Source: Deltaproteobacteria bacterium HGW-Deltaproteobacteria-6 | Lineage (GTDB): Bacteria > Desulfobacterota > Syntrophia > Syntrophales > Smithellaceae | NCBI GenBank assembly: GCA_002840435.1 | Contig: PHAT01000005.1 | Coordinates: forward strand, 36,460-100,459 | DNA length: 64,000 nucleotides | Reading direction: 5' to 3' | Part shown: positions 10,442 to 19,801 of the stretch, piece after piece | How positions within the stretch are numbered: the stretch's first letter is position 1 | Layout: each line of letters starts with the position of its first letter | Notes under the pieces: model-generated | Told to the model about the DNA's origin: nothing | The model's input: only the letters and a program-made list of their open reading frames with translations | Database searches by the model: none | Program-made: the position numbers and the translations under genes

Positions 10442-11469
10442 ATATCCTGATTGTCAAACTGAGCGCCATCGGCGACGTCATTCATACCCTGCCGTCGCTG
10501 ACCGCATTGCGTCGTCTTTTCCCGGACGCGCATATAACCTGGGCGGTGGAAGAAGCGGCGTCCGATCTGGTCATCCATCATCCCTGCCTGGATGAGGTCT
10601 TGATTTCCCGGCGAAAAAGCTGGATCAAAGATATTAAAGCGGGGAAATTCCCGTCAACCTGGCGCGAAATCCGTTCTTTCGTGAAGCAACTGCGTCAACG
10701 TCAATATGATATCGTCATCGATTTTCACGGGCTGCTGAAAAGTTCGGTCATCGTATTTTTGAGCCGAGGAAAAAGAAAACTGGGTTATGATTCTTGGCAG
10801 GAACTGAGCGGATTGTTTCTGAACGAAAAAATTCCGGAAGATATGAATAAGCATGCCGTTGACCGGTACCTGGATTTTGCACGGTATCTTGGAGCAAAAA
10901 CGGACCAAGTCGAATTTACACTGCCGCTGACGGACAAAACAAAGTCGGACGCAGAGCGGCTGCTGAATGCCTGCCGCCTGAAAGCAAAGCAATACATCGC
11001 CGTCAATCCCATTGCCTTCTGGGAAACCAAACTCTGGAACAATGAAAAATTTGCACGACTCGCGGATTTGATTCAGGAGAAATTAAAACTGGATGTGGTT
11101 TTTACGGGAAGCAACCAGGCAGACGCGGCAGATATCCTGTCGCGCATGACAAAGGGAGGGATAAATCTGGGAGGGCAAACCAGCCTGCTTACGCTGGCTG
11201 AAATATATAAAAACGCTTGTGCGGTTATCACGACCGATTCCGGCCCCATGCATCTGGCGGCGGCCGTGGGCACACCGGTCATCGCTCTTTTTGGTCCGAC
11301 CGATCCGGCAAGAACAGGGCCATACGGGGCAGGTCATTCCGTTGTTCGCTCCGGCCTGTCGTGCAGTCCTTGCCTGCTGAAAAAATGTTCAACCACACAA
11401 TGCATGAAGGACATTACGGAAGAACAGGTTTTAAATGCGCTGATCATAAAGCTGCGGCAGATGCCATGA
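10438..11469 (+). CDS. Glycosyltransferase family 9 (LPS heptosyltransferase, WaaC-like)
   Basis: 343 aa with MNILIVKLSAIGDVIHTLP at the N-terminus and the signature TTDSGPMHLAAAVGTPVIALFGPTDP. 4-nt overlap with gmhB. Confidence 0.7.
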   Translation: MNILIVKLSAIGDVIHTLPSLTALRRLFPDAHITWAVEEAASDLVIHHPCLDEVLISRRKSWIKDIKAGKFPSTWREIRSFVKQLRQRQYDIVIDFHGLLKSSVIVFLSRGKRKLGYDSWQELSGLFLNEKIPEDMNKHAVDRYLDFARYLGAKTDQVEFTLPLTDKTKSDAERLLNACRLKAKQYIAVNPIAFWETKLWNNEKFARLADLIQEKLKLDVVFTGSNQADAADILSRMTKGGINLGGQTSLLTLAEIYKNACAVITTDSGPMHLAAAVGTPVIALFGPTDPARTGPYGAGHSVVRSGLSCSPCLLKKCSTTQCMKDITEEQVLNALIIKLRQMP

Positions 11470-11519
11470 CCGAATGCTTTAACCCCGCAATCAAAAACTC
11501 CCGCAACATGAAATCATTA

Positions 11520-12083
11520 TTAATGAGTCACCCCTTCACGGCGCAACACCTTGAACAGCGTTAGAAAAAGTATTTTTAAGTCCAATTTCATTGAACAATT
11601 ATTAAGGTAATGGACATCAAAATCAACCTTAACCGGAATGGGAAGGTTGTCACGTCCGTTAATTTGCGCCCATCCGGTAACACCCGGCATTAAACGATGC
11701 ACGCCTTTTTGAGTTCGCAGCGCGATCAAATCATCCTGATTAAACAATGCCGGGCGGGGCCCGACAAAACTCATGTCTCCTTTGATGACACTCCATAATT
11801 GAGGCAATTCATCGAGACTTGATTTTCGCAAAAACTTGCCGATGGGCGTCAGATACACATCAGGATCATTCAAAAGATGCGTTGCTACAGCAGGCGTATC
11901 TGTGCGCATGGTGCGAAATTTGGGCATTCTGAATATCACGTTGTCTTTGCCAACCCTGTCGGACCAGTAAATAACGGGCCCCCTGGAGGTAGACTTTACC
12001 AGAAACGATACAGCCAGCAGAGGCAGAGAAAAAAAACAAAGGGCAACAAACGCTATCGCAATATCCAATAATCTTTTTAACAC
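11520..12083 (-). CDS. Small monotopic phosphoglycosyl transferase (bacterial sugar transferase, PglC/WbaP-C/CapM type)
   Basis: KRLLDIAIAF re-entrant helix, PKFRTM, GPRP, and the LDELPQLWSVIKGDMSFVGPRP motifs. A likely GTG start at 12083 follows AGGAA and overlaps the upstream stop (GTGTTAA). The track start at 12128 is a TTG. Confidence 0.8.
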   Translation of the reverse strand: MLKRLLDIAIAFVALCFFSLPLLAVSFLVKSTSRGPVIYWSDRVGKDNVIFRMPKFRTMRTDTPAVATHLLNDPDVYLTPIGKFLRKSSLDELPQLWSVIKGDMSFVGPRPALFNQDDLIALRTQKGVHRLMPGVTGWAQINGRDNLPIPVKVDFDVHYLNNCSMKLDLKILFLTLFKVLRREGVTH

Positions 12084-13078
12084 GGCAACGTTCCTGACTG
12101 TCTCATTTCCCGAACAGCATTTTGCCAACCGGTCGACAAATCATATTGCGGCACAAAACCAAGTTCATACTGAATGCGCCGGCTGTCCACCGCCACATCC
12201 TCCGTATATTTATCAACAGTCGCACGCACGATAGGCGGTTTAATGCCGGCGATCTTCGCCAGATCTTCAACAAGGCCGGCTGCAAAGCGCACCGGACCAA
12301 CCGGCAATGACAGACGGGGCAATTTCCTGTCCAAAGCCTGACACATGCTGGAAATAATATCATTTAAAGTGTGAAATTCACCGTCAGAAACGTTGAAGAT
12401 TTTTCCGGCGGCGGCGGAATGCTGTAAAGCCAGCACAGCAGCGCGCGCCACATCCTCATCATAAACCAATGTGCGTCTGTTGGAACCATCCCCGACCGGC
12501 AGGAAACGGCCTCTCGCCAGAGATTGTAAAAGACGTTCATAATTCCCTTTAATTCCTGAACCGTAAATCGCACCCAGACGCAAAACAGTCCCCATCCGCC
12601 TGCCATCCACATCTCTGGCATTCAGCACAATTCTTTCCGCCGCAAGCTTGGTCTGTGAATAAAAAGTATCCGGATGAGGCGGGGTCTCTTCGGTAACAAT
12701 CCGGCCGTGCGTGGATCCATAAACGGCAATGGTACTGAAATAAATAATGCGCCTGACTCGCGACTGCAAAGCTGCCTCAACGACCGTAGCCGTCCCTCCC
12801 ACATTAATCCGTTCGTATTTCTTTTGCAGGGCGGGCGGCGGATTTACAATATGCAGCAGAGCCGCCAGATGAATAACCGAATCAATGTCACAAACGACGG
12901 CTTGAACGGCCGCAGCATCCGTTACGTCGCCAATAACAACTTCTACACCTTCGGGCCATAAACCAACCCGGGGTGGATCAATCGACAAGGTGCGAACGCG
13001 GTAGCCCGCATTGCACAACGCAGTGACAACGCGCGGGCCAACGGCGCCCGTGGCGCCCGTTACTAAGATTTTTTGCAT
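12077..13078 (-). CDS. NAD-dependent sugar epimerase/dehydratase (SDR; CapN/WbjF-like position)
   Basis: MQKILVTGATGAVGPRV Rossmann motif and YSQTK catalytic motif. It sits between a WbuB-like GT and the PGT. ATG at 13078. Confidence 0.75.
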   Translation of the reverse strand: MQKILVTGATGAVGPRVVTALCNAGYRVRTLSIDPPRVGLWPEGVEVVIGDVTDAAAVQAVVCDIDSVIHLAALLHIVNPPPALQKKYERINVGGTATVVEAALQSRVRRIIYFSTIAVYGSTHGRIVTEETPPHPDTFYSQTKLAAERIVLNARDVDGRRMGTVLRLGAIYGSGIKGNYERLLQSLARGRFLPVGDGSNRRTLVYDEDVARAAVLALQHSAAAGKIFNVSDGEFHTLNDIISSMCQALDRKLPRLSLPVGPVRFAAGLVEDLAKIAGIKPPIVRATVDKYTEDVAVDSRRIQYELGFVPQYDLSTGWQNAVREMRQSGTLPC

Positions 13079-13103
13079 GCGCTGATCGAATCTGCTCAAA
13101 AAG

Positions 13104-14342
13104 TCAATTTCCGGTTTTACGTCCGTGGGCCACGTCCTGCATCCAGCCTTCCAATTTCGTCATCAGCATGTCTCTGTCAAAATTTTCCACACAATAATGA
13201 ATGCCGCATTTGCCCATTTTTTCTCTTTGGTCCCTCGGCATTTGATACATGGCAAGCACAGCAGCGGCCAGGGCATCGGCATCCTCGGCAGGCGAAGACA
13301 AACCTGCGCCGGATTCCGAAACCAGACGGCCGCCTTCCCCGTCAAGAGCGGCTATAATCGGTTTCCCACAAGCCATGTAGGATTGAATTTTTGCGGGAAT
13401 GGTTAATGCAAAGATCGGATCTCTTTTCAGGGTGACCAACAGAACATCGGCAAATGAAAAATAATAGGGCATGGTTTCCATCGGGTGTCTGCCCAGCAGA
13501 TGGAAGCAATCGGAGATCCCCTGCTTTGCAATCTGCCCTTCTACCCAACGTCGCGAACGGCCGTCACCCAGAATAATCCACTGGATGTCTTTATACTCCC
13601 GAAGTTTTACTGCAGCAGCAAGAATGGATTCAAAATCCTGAGCGGCGCCGATATTGCCGGCAAACATGATTCGAAAGCCGGAAGGTAATCGCTGCAGCCC
13701 CTCAAAACCCGATTCTGCAGGCATCGGTTTGTATATTTTTTCAACGCTGTTGGGGAAGTAGATAATCCTCCCGGGGGCAACCCGATATTCTTCTATCATG
13801 GGGATAAAGGCAGTGGATTGCACCAATATCCTGTCGCAGCGTTCATAAATAAATCTTACCAGCCTCTTGACGCCATCAAGAATTGTCCGCGAATGGACAG
13901 CGCCCGTAGCGGATAGACTTTCCGGCCATAAATCCTGCACCCAGAAAAAGAGGGGAATCCCCTTCAGCTTTTTCAGTACCACCGCCGGAATACCGACGGT
14001 TACCGGTGAAGGCTCATAAACCAATATTACATCGAAGTTCCCGCGGCAAAAAAAAGGCGCCATCATGCTTGCGAAAAAAGCAAATGACGCATAATTGAGC
14101 ATCAAACGTAATCGGCCGCCTGCGCCGCGCGCTATTAATGGAACGCGTATTATTCTTACACCGCAGTAATCCTGTCGAAGGTTCCTGAACAGGCTGTAGC
14201 CGGGGAAAAAGTGTCCGTCAGGATAGTTCGGTATCCCGGTAAGAACCGTCACCTCGTGGCCCCTTTCCACCAGACCGGCACCCAAGTCATTGATGCGAAA
14301 GTTTTCCGGCCAGAAATACTGGGATATTATCAGAATTTTCAT
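13104..14342 (-). CDS. Glycosyltransferase family 4, WbuB/WcaI-like (putative L-FucNAc transferase)
   Basis: MKILIISQYFWPENFRINDL N-terminus typical of the WbuB/WcaI group, with a GT-B C-terminal half. Immediately downstream of the fnlABC-like genes. Confidence 0.7.
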   Translation of the reverse strand: MKILIISQYFWPENFRINDLGAGLVERGHEVTVLTGIPNYPDGHFFPGYSLFRNLRQDYCGVRIIRVPLIARGAGGRLRLMLNYASFAFFASMMAPFFCRGNFDVILVYEPSPVTVGIPAVVLKKLKGIPLFFWVQDLWPESLSATGAVHSRTILDGVKRLVRFIYERCDRILVQSTAFIPMIEEYRVAPGRIIYFPNSVEKIYKPMPAESGFEGLQRLPSGFRIMFAGNIGAAQDFESILAAAVKLREYKDIQWIILGDGRSRRWVEGQIAKQGISDCFHLLGRHPMETMPYYFSFADVLLVTLKRDPIFALTIPAKIQSYMACGKPIIAALDGEGGRLVSESGAGLSSPAEDADALAAAVLAMYQMPRDQREKMGKCGIHYCVENFDRDMLMTKLEGWMQDVAHGRKTGN

Positions 14343-14353
14343 CAACTACATAT

Positions 14354-15484
14354 TCACTGCTTCTTCCATACCGTCCGGTTGACATAGTCGGTATAGCTCA
14401 GGATGATCCGCAGAACTTTCCGGGAGACATTATCCGTATCGTAATCCGACACCAGTCTGAATGGCCGGGACGATAACGCCTGCTGGCAGGTTACGACATC
14501 AATCGCATCGATAACCGACTCAGCCTGCAACCCGCACATGATCAGGGTCCCCTCATCCATCCCTTCGGGCCGCTCATGGGCCTGACGAATGGTAACCGCC
14601 GGGAAATTAAGAATGGTCGACTCCTCGGTAATGGTGCCGCTGTCGGAAATGACGCAGGCGGCGTTCATCTGCAACTTCACGTAATCGAAGAATCCAAGCG
14701 GTTTCAGAAAATGAATATGCGGGTTAAAACCGCCGGAACCCATATCCTCCAGCCGCTTTCTCGTACGGGGATGAGTGGAAAAGATGATGGGACGGCCATA
14801 TTTCGCCGCAATGGCATTCAGGGAGGCGAGAAGATTGGCAAAATTATCTTTGCTATCCACGTTTTCTTCGCGATGTGCACTTACGACAAAGTATTCTCCT
14901 TTTTTTACCTGGAGTCTGTTCAACGCGTCAGAGGACTCAATTTGAGGCAGGTAATAATCCAGCACCTCCTTCATCGGGGAACCGCTCTTAATCACCGTTT
15001 CCGGCTTTATCCCCTCCGCCAGCAGATAACGGCGGGCATGCTCGGTATTGGTCATATTGATATCACTGGTGTGGTCAACAATTTTCCGGTTGATTTCTTC
15101 CGGCACCCTCAGATCAAAGGATCGGTTTCCCGCCTCCATATGGAAAATAGGTATCTTGCGCCGTTTGGCCGATATAACTGAGAGGCAGCTGTTGGTATCA
15201 CCGTAAAGCAAAACGGCATCCGGTTTTTCTTTTCCCATGACCTCATCAGATTTCGCTATAATATTACCGATCGTCTGTGCCAGCGTTTTACCTACCGAAT
15301 TAAGGAAATGGTCGGGCTTGCGAATCCCCATCTCCTTGAAAAATATCTCGTTTAATTCGTAGTCATAATTCTGCCCCGTATGCACCAGCATATGCTCCAG
15401 ATGTTTTTCCAATTCATACACCACGCGGCTCAGTTTTATGATCTCAGGCCGGGTACCGACTATCGTCATCACTTTTAAAGCCAT
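14354..15484 (-). CDS. UDP-N-acetylglucosamine 2-epimerase, non-hydrolysing (FnlC/CapG/WecB family)
   Basis: 376 aa with VMTIVGTRPEIIKL, HTGQNYD, GDTNS and SDSGTITEE motifs of the WecB-type epimerase fold. Confidence 0.85.
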   Translation of the reverse strand: MALKVMTIVGTRPEIIKLSRVVYELEKHLEHMLVHTGQNYDYELNEIFFKEMGIRKPDHFLNSVGKTLAQTIGNIIAKSDEVMGKEKPDAVLLYGDTNSCLSVISAKRRKIPIFHMEAGNRSFDLRVPEEINRKIVDHTSDINMTNTEHARRYLLAEGIKPETVIKSGSPMKEVLDYYLPQIESSDALNRLQVKKGEYFVVSAHREENVDSKDNFANLLASLNAIAAKYGRPIIFSTHPRTRKRLEDMGSGGFNPHIHFLKPLGFFDYVKLQMNAACVISDSGTITEESTILNFPAVTIRQAHERPEGMDEGTLIMCGLQAESVIDAIDVVTCQQALSSRPFRLVSDYDTDNVSRKVLRIILSYTDYVNRTVWKKQ

Positions 15485-15514
15485 ATAAATTCTCCTTGCA
15501 TTCTGCCGTCCTGA

Positions 15515-16447
15515 TTATCCCGGCAGGACTTCATTTTTGTTGTGAGACTGCCATTGCTCGTAGGGCGTTTGATCGGCGGCCATGTCCAACATCATCCGGC
15601 GCCAGGATGGGCATTTAAAACCCGTGGCCCTGACAAATTTTTCACCGTTGAGATTACGTTTGCATTCAAATTGATCGTCACGATCTATTTCAATGTCAAT
15701 TTTATAGGCTTCTTTCATCAGATGAAGCAGGTCATATTTGGAAACTGTTTCGCTGGAAACGTGGTACAATCCATGCAGATCCGGAAATTTCTCTATCAGT
15801 TCGCTCACCAGCTCGGCAAGGCGGTTCGTGGTAAGACCGGTAAACAACGCTTTACTGTAGCCGCTCACCCGCTGGCCCTCCCTGGCCAGGAACCATTCAA
15901 GAAGTTCCGTGCCGCCGAAGATTTCGCGGCCGATAAAAGAAGATCTGATCGTCAGGGCGTTAGGTGATTGGACGTCACCGAGCGCCTTTGTCATCCCGTA
16001 AAGATCCCGCGCATCCGGAGGACTATTCTCGTCATAATTTCCCGACTTGCCTTCAAAAACACAGACGGTGCTGAAATGAATGAGCCGGGCGGCATTTTCA
16101 GCACACCATTTGGCCAGCACATGCGGAAGCAAGGCGTTGACGGCAATATTAGAGAGTTTATCATCCGCCTCTTGGCTCCGCAGCGTTACGCCGGCACAAT
16201 TTATAATGACCGAGGGGCGAATGTCTTTGAGGACGGCTGCCAGTTGTTTAAAATCGCGAAGATCAAGACATTCAATAACATTGGTCCCGTAAAACAAATT
16301 GCAATTTTCGTAATAGGTTTTTGCTTTTCGTATGGAAACATAGGTATCGGGGAATTTTTCCGGCAGTCTTTGCCAAAGCTTGTGACCGAGCGCCCCCCCC
16401 CCGCCTGTAATCAGTATGCGTTCGGCCTTATTCACTTGATATCCCAT
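15515..16447 (-). CDS. SDR reductase, FnlB/CapF-position (RmlD-like substrate-binding fold)
   Basis: 310 aa with ILITGGGGALG and YGMTK motifs. Its position between fnlA-like and fnlC-like genes supports the call. It is shorter than typical FnlB/CapF (about 370 aa) and contains the G10 tract. Confidence 0.6.
   Translation of the reverse strand: MGYQVNKAERILITGGGGALGHKLWQRLPEKFPDTYVSIRKAKTYYENCNLFYGTNVIECLDLRDFKQLAAVLKDIRPSVIINCAGVTLRSQEADDKLSNIAVNALLPHVLAKWCAENAARLIHFSTVCVFEGKSGNYDENSPPDARDLYGMTKALGDVQSPNALTIRSSFIGREIFGGTELLEWFLAREGQRVSGYSKALFTGLTTNRLAELVSELIEKFPDLHGLYHVSSETVSKYDLLHLMKEAYKIDIEIDRDDQFECKRNLNGEKFVRATGFKCPSWRRMMLDMAADQTPYEQWQSHNKNEVLPG
16393..16402 (-). repeat. Homopolymeric G10 tract (C10 on the + strand) inside the fnlB-like CDS
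   Basis: Read directly: cgCCCCCCCCCCgcc. It encodes the GGGG of the Rossmann motif as GGC GGG GGG GGG GCG. Confidence 0.9.
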
Positions 16448-17454
16448 GAGGCAAGTTCCTGTTGAATATAATCTAATCTCAGCAATTTTTCCGTCACCTC
16501 ATCAACGGCAAGCCTGTGCGTATTATGTGAATTATAATCGTCCATCCTGGATATCTGTTCCGTACCTTCGGTAAAATATTTGTTGTAATTCAGATCGCGG
16601 TCATCTGGAATAATTCTGAAATAATGTTCAAGTTCTTCGGCCTTGGCAAGCTCTTCCCGGGTCAGCAGCGTCTCATAAAGCTTTTCGCCATGCCGCGTTC
16701 CGATAATCTTTATGTCATTATCGCTTTTAAATATCTTTTTTAACGCCATCGCCAGATCATGAATCGTACAGGCAGGGGCTTTTTGAACAAATATATCACC
16801 CTGCCGGGCATGCTGAAAAGCATATACCACCAAATCCACCGCATCATCCAAAGACATCAGAAATCTCGTCATCTTAGGATCTGTTACGGTCAGCGGCTTT
16901 CCCTCCTTGATTTGCTTGATGAACAGCGGAATAATGGACCCCCGGGATGCCATGACATTTCCATAACGCGTGCCGCAAAATACCGTTTTGTTGTTGCCTA
17001 TTGTTCTGGTTTTCGCCACCATCAGTTTTTCCATCATGGCTTTCGAGATCCCCATGGCATTAATCGGATAAACCGCTTTATCCGTGCTCAACACAATTAC
17101 TTTTTTTACGTGATTAGCCAGCGCGGCATTTAAAACGTTCTCCGCACCCAGAATATTGGTTCTGACCGCTTCCATCGGATAAAATTCACAGGACGGAACC
17201 TGCTTCAAGGCAGCGGCATGAAAAATAAAATCGACGCCATCCATAGCAAAATTCAAGCTGTCGTAATGGCGGACATCCCCGATATAAAACTTCACCTTCG
17301 GATTATTCAGTTCAATACGCATGTCTTCCTGTTTTTTCTCATCCCGACTGAAAACACGGATTTCCTTAATATCGGTGTTGAGAAATCGTTTTAAGACAGC
17401 ATTGCCAAATGAACCGGTGCCGCCGGTGATCAGAATGTTTTTACCTTTAAACAT
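16432..17454 (-). CDS. fnlA: UDP-GlcNAc 4,6-dehydratase/5-epimerase (FnlA/CapE/WbjB family)
   Basis: 340 aa with MFKGKNILITGGTGSFGNAVLKRFL, STDKAV, and the MEK-type catalytic motif (ISKAMMEKL) typical of CapE/FnlA. Confidence 0.8.
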   Translation of the reverse strand: MFKGKNILITGGTGSFGNAVLKRFLNTDIKEIRVFSRDEKKQEDMRIELNNPKVKFYIGDVRHYDSLNFAMDGVDFIFHAAALKQVPSCEFYPMEAVRTNILGAENVLNAALANHVKKVIVLSTDKAVYPINAMGISKAMMEKLMVAKTRTIGNNKTVFCGTRYGNVMASRGSIIPLFIKQIKEGKPLTVTDPKMTRFLMSLDDAVDLVVYAFQHARQGDIFVQKAPACTIHDLAMALKKIFKSDNDIKIIGTRHGEKLYETLLTREELAKAEELEHYFRIIPDDRDLNYNKYFTEGTEQISRMDDYNSHNTHRLAVDEVTEKLLRLDYIQQELASWDIK

Positions 17455-17607
17455 CTTTCATCTCCTAAAAGCAAAATCAGCGCTTCTTACTGTTCCAACA
17501 GCGCCTGGTCCCTGAGAAATCGTGAAAAAACACTGCGCCATAAAAATCAACCGTTAATTTTGCAGCCTTCATCCTATCCCCATTATTCAAAACACTTCGT
17601 CCTTTAA

Positions 17608-18762
17608 TCATGTCAAAACATTTTGCTTTTTGTGCTTCGCGATCGTTTCCGGCGACCACCATTCCCCTGTGTCTATTGTTGACATCATCCTTTCAAACTG
17701 CCCGGCAAGAAGTTCCGATGTCTCCTGCCCGAAAGAAAACCGTTGAAAGGGGCTGGCGAAAAAGAACCGCACAAAATTATCGTCCCTGACCATCTCTTTG
17801 TATCGTTCGAGATTGATGTCCGTATTCACAATCAGATAGGGCTTGTCGTTGAATTCCGCCATCGTGGCCATACCGGAGGATGATCCCATGTGCAGAGCCG
17901 ACTCGTGAATCATGGCCAGTTCCAGTTCAAGATTCGTGTACCGATCTTTGGCGATGATCACATTTGAGCATTCGCGGAGTCTGCTGTCTACTTCAGAAAG
18001 AGCACAGATTACAACGAATTTTACAGGATATCTGTTCCGGCATCCGTTAAAAAATTCTATCCAGCTGTCTATGTGCGCGTTCCGATGGGTACCATAAGAT
18101 GGATTATTGCGCATCTGGACGGTAACCGGAATATCCGGCCACACGTGATGATAGAAAAAATCAAGGGCCGCATCCCGCAAAAAGGGTCGGCACTCCAACC
18201 GCGGGATAGAACCATGGATTTGATAGTAGTCATACAACACTTCATTAAAAATGACGTAATTCAAGTAAATGCCGGACGCGTATTTCCCTGCCGAAGGCCA
18301 GACCACATAACGACTTTCATTGTCCGCTACATATTTTTCCAGTTGCGCATGTGAATTAAAAATCATGACGGATCCGAGAAATGAATTGACCTGAAGGACC
18401 GGCAGCAGGGAAGAAAGATAGTGATGGACATTGTCCCGGTTGATGCCGGCGTAAGCCTCATCAACGGGTGACGGATTATGATGGTCATAGACCATCGCGA
18501 AATCGATCATCCCAACGCCGTGCGTTTCGCGAAGCGCCAGCGCGGCTTCCTGGACATGGATGATGTCGCCGATGCTGTATGGCTGGTAGGACAAATCATA
18601 AACGACCAATAATCTCCGTTCGCCTTCCTGAGACGTGGGAAGGACCCAGGCAACGAAACGAAACAGCCGCCATGATGAAACAGCCCATACCCAAAAACGC
18701 ATCAGGCGCCCGGAGCGGCGCGCCAGGGGGCCTGCAACCTTACGAAGAACGCTCTTGATCAT
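17608..18762 (-). CDS. Uncharacterised protein, paralog 1 of 3; putative GT-B (GT9-like) glycosyltransferase
   Basis: 384 aa. Shares VVYDLSYQPYSIGD, IPRLECRP and HMGSSSGMATMAEFNDKPYLIVNTD blocks with the 19798-20820 protein. The last block mimics the GT9 NDSGxMHxAAA...P motif. Confidence 0.55.
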   Translation of the reverse strand: MIKSVLRKVAGPLARRSGRLMRFWVWAVSSWRLFRFVAWVLPTSQEGERRLLVVYDLSYQPYSIGDIIHVQEAALALRETHGVGMIDFAMVYDHHNPSPVDEAYAGINRDNVHHYLSSLLPVLQVNSFLGSVMIFNSHAQLEKYVADNESRYVVWPSAGKYASGIYLNYVIFNEVLYDYYQIHGSIPRLECRPFLRDAALDFFYHHVWPDIPVTVQMRNNPSYGTHRNAHIDSWIEFFNGCRNRYPVKFVVICALSEVDSRLRECSNVIIAKDRYTNLELELAMIHESALHMGSSSGMATMAEFNDKPYLIVNTDINLERYKEMVRDDNFVRFFFASPFQRFSFGQETSELLAGQFERMMSTIDTGEWWSPETIAKHKKQNVLT

Positions 18763-19801
18763 AGGCTCTTACACATGTATAAAAATGACGGAACTGTTCA
18801 TATAAATCCGCCGACGCCGGCACATGAACACGGCCAGGCGGATCATTTTTTTGCCCGATCCGTATCATGGCACCGGACTTCCAATACTCAGCACCAGCTT
18901 CATGATCATTCTCTCCGGTTATATAAAAAGGTTTTTCGCGGCCGATCACTGCCATGGCATACTTGCTAAAAGAGCCCATATACATGTCGGATAATTGACA
19001 AAGCGCGTACTCTTCAATGAAATTGTATCCTAAGCTTTTTGTCACCGTGATATTCGGCAGCCCGGTTTGAAAATCTTCTTTAGCCGCAATTGCCTTGTCA
19101 AACAGGATAAAGTGAATCCAAGGGAAGTCCTGCCACGCCTTCAGAAAAAAATCCCGCCACTGAGATGATGAAAAAGCAGAGAAACCACCCATGTCCATTG
19201 CCACCAAGAACGTCAGGGGCGAATGCATTTTGATAATATTTTTCGCCCAGACCCGCAAATTCACATGAAGCCGTGTGCAGTTCCCGTGGATACGTTTTAT
19301 GTCCTGCCGATAAAGAAATTTTTGATCAAAGACAACCAGTAATTCATCTGAAACATTCATATTATCTTTTCGAATAAACTTTTCCGCATGCTCACGCATC
19401 AGCAGCAGCGGCATCCGGTGAAATTCTATATCTCTGACTGACGGGTACAACTGTAGACATGAAAAAAGCTCAGCAAACTGCTGATATTGATTCTCCTCGC
19501 CAAGGTAAATGTGAAGTTGATCCAGAATGGCTTCGGGAGACCCAAGGCTGCCGATCATCTGGTCTAAGGCGATCATTGCGTCTCTGACACATTGCGGAGA
19601 GTCCTTTATGATGTAAATTTCTCCGGTATGGAGCGGGTGATTCGAGATTTCATCAAATCTCAAAATCATAGAAATAACCGTTCTGATGGAATTTTTTATC
19701 AGAAGAGCCCCCGGCCTAACGACATAGATTACCCGGGCTGTCTGCAGCAACCGATGCCACCATTTCCGGCTCGTAGTTACTATTGTTGTAAAGATATTCA
19801 T
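18740..19801 (-). CDS. Uncharacterised protein, divergent paralog 2 of 3
   Basis: 353 aa. The C-terminal half aligns by eye with its neighbours (W.DFF...P, LGYNFIEEYALCQLSDMYMGSFSKYAMAVIGREKPFYITGEND). Overlaps both flanking genes. Confidence 0.5.
   Translation of the reverse strand: MNIFTTIVTTSRKWWHRLLQTARVIYVVRPGALLIKNSIRTVISMILRFDEISNHPLHTGEIYIIKDSPQCVRDAMIALDQMIGSLGSPEAILDQLHIYLGEENQYQQFAELFSCLQLYPSVRDIEFHRMPLLLMREHAEKFIRKDNMNVSDELLVVFDQKFLYRQDIKRIHGNCTRLHVNLRVWAKNIIKMHSPLTFLVAMDMGGFSAFSSSQWRDFFLKAWQDFPWIHFILFDKAIAAKEDFQTGLPNITVTKSLGYNFIEEYALCQLSDMYMGSFSKYAMAVIGREKPFYITGENDHEAGAEYWKSGAMIRIGQKNDPPGRVHVPASADLYEQFRHFYTCVRAYDQERSS

Noticed and set aside
11470-11519. Bidirectional terminator expected in the 50-nt convergent gap between the core operon and the glycan array
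   Set aside because: I could not find a convincing GC-rich inverted repeat followed by a T-run in either orientation.
17477-17662. 61-aa ORF in or overlapping the 153-nt gap upstream of fnlA
   Set aside because: It overlaps the 3' end of the 384-aa gene, has no RBS or recognisable motif, and its composition looks non-coding. The gap may hold an internal promoter, but I cannot support that.
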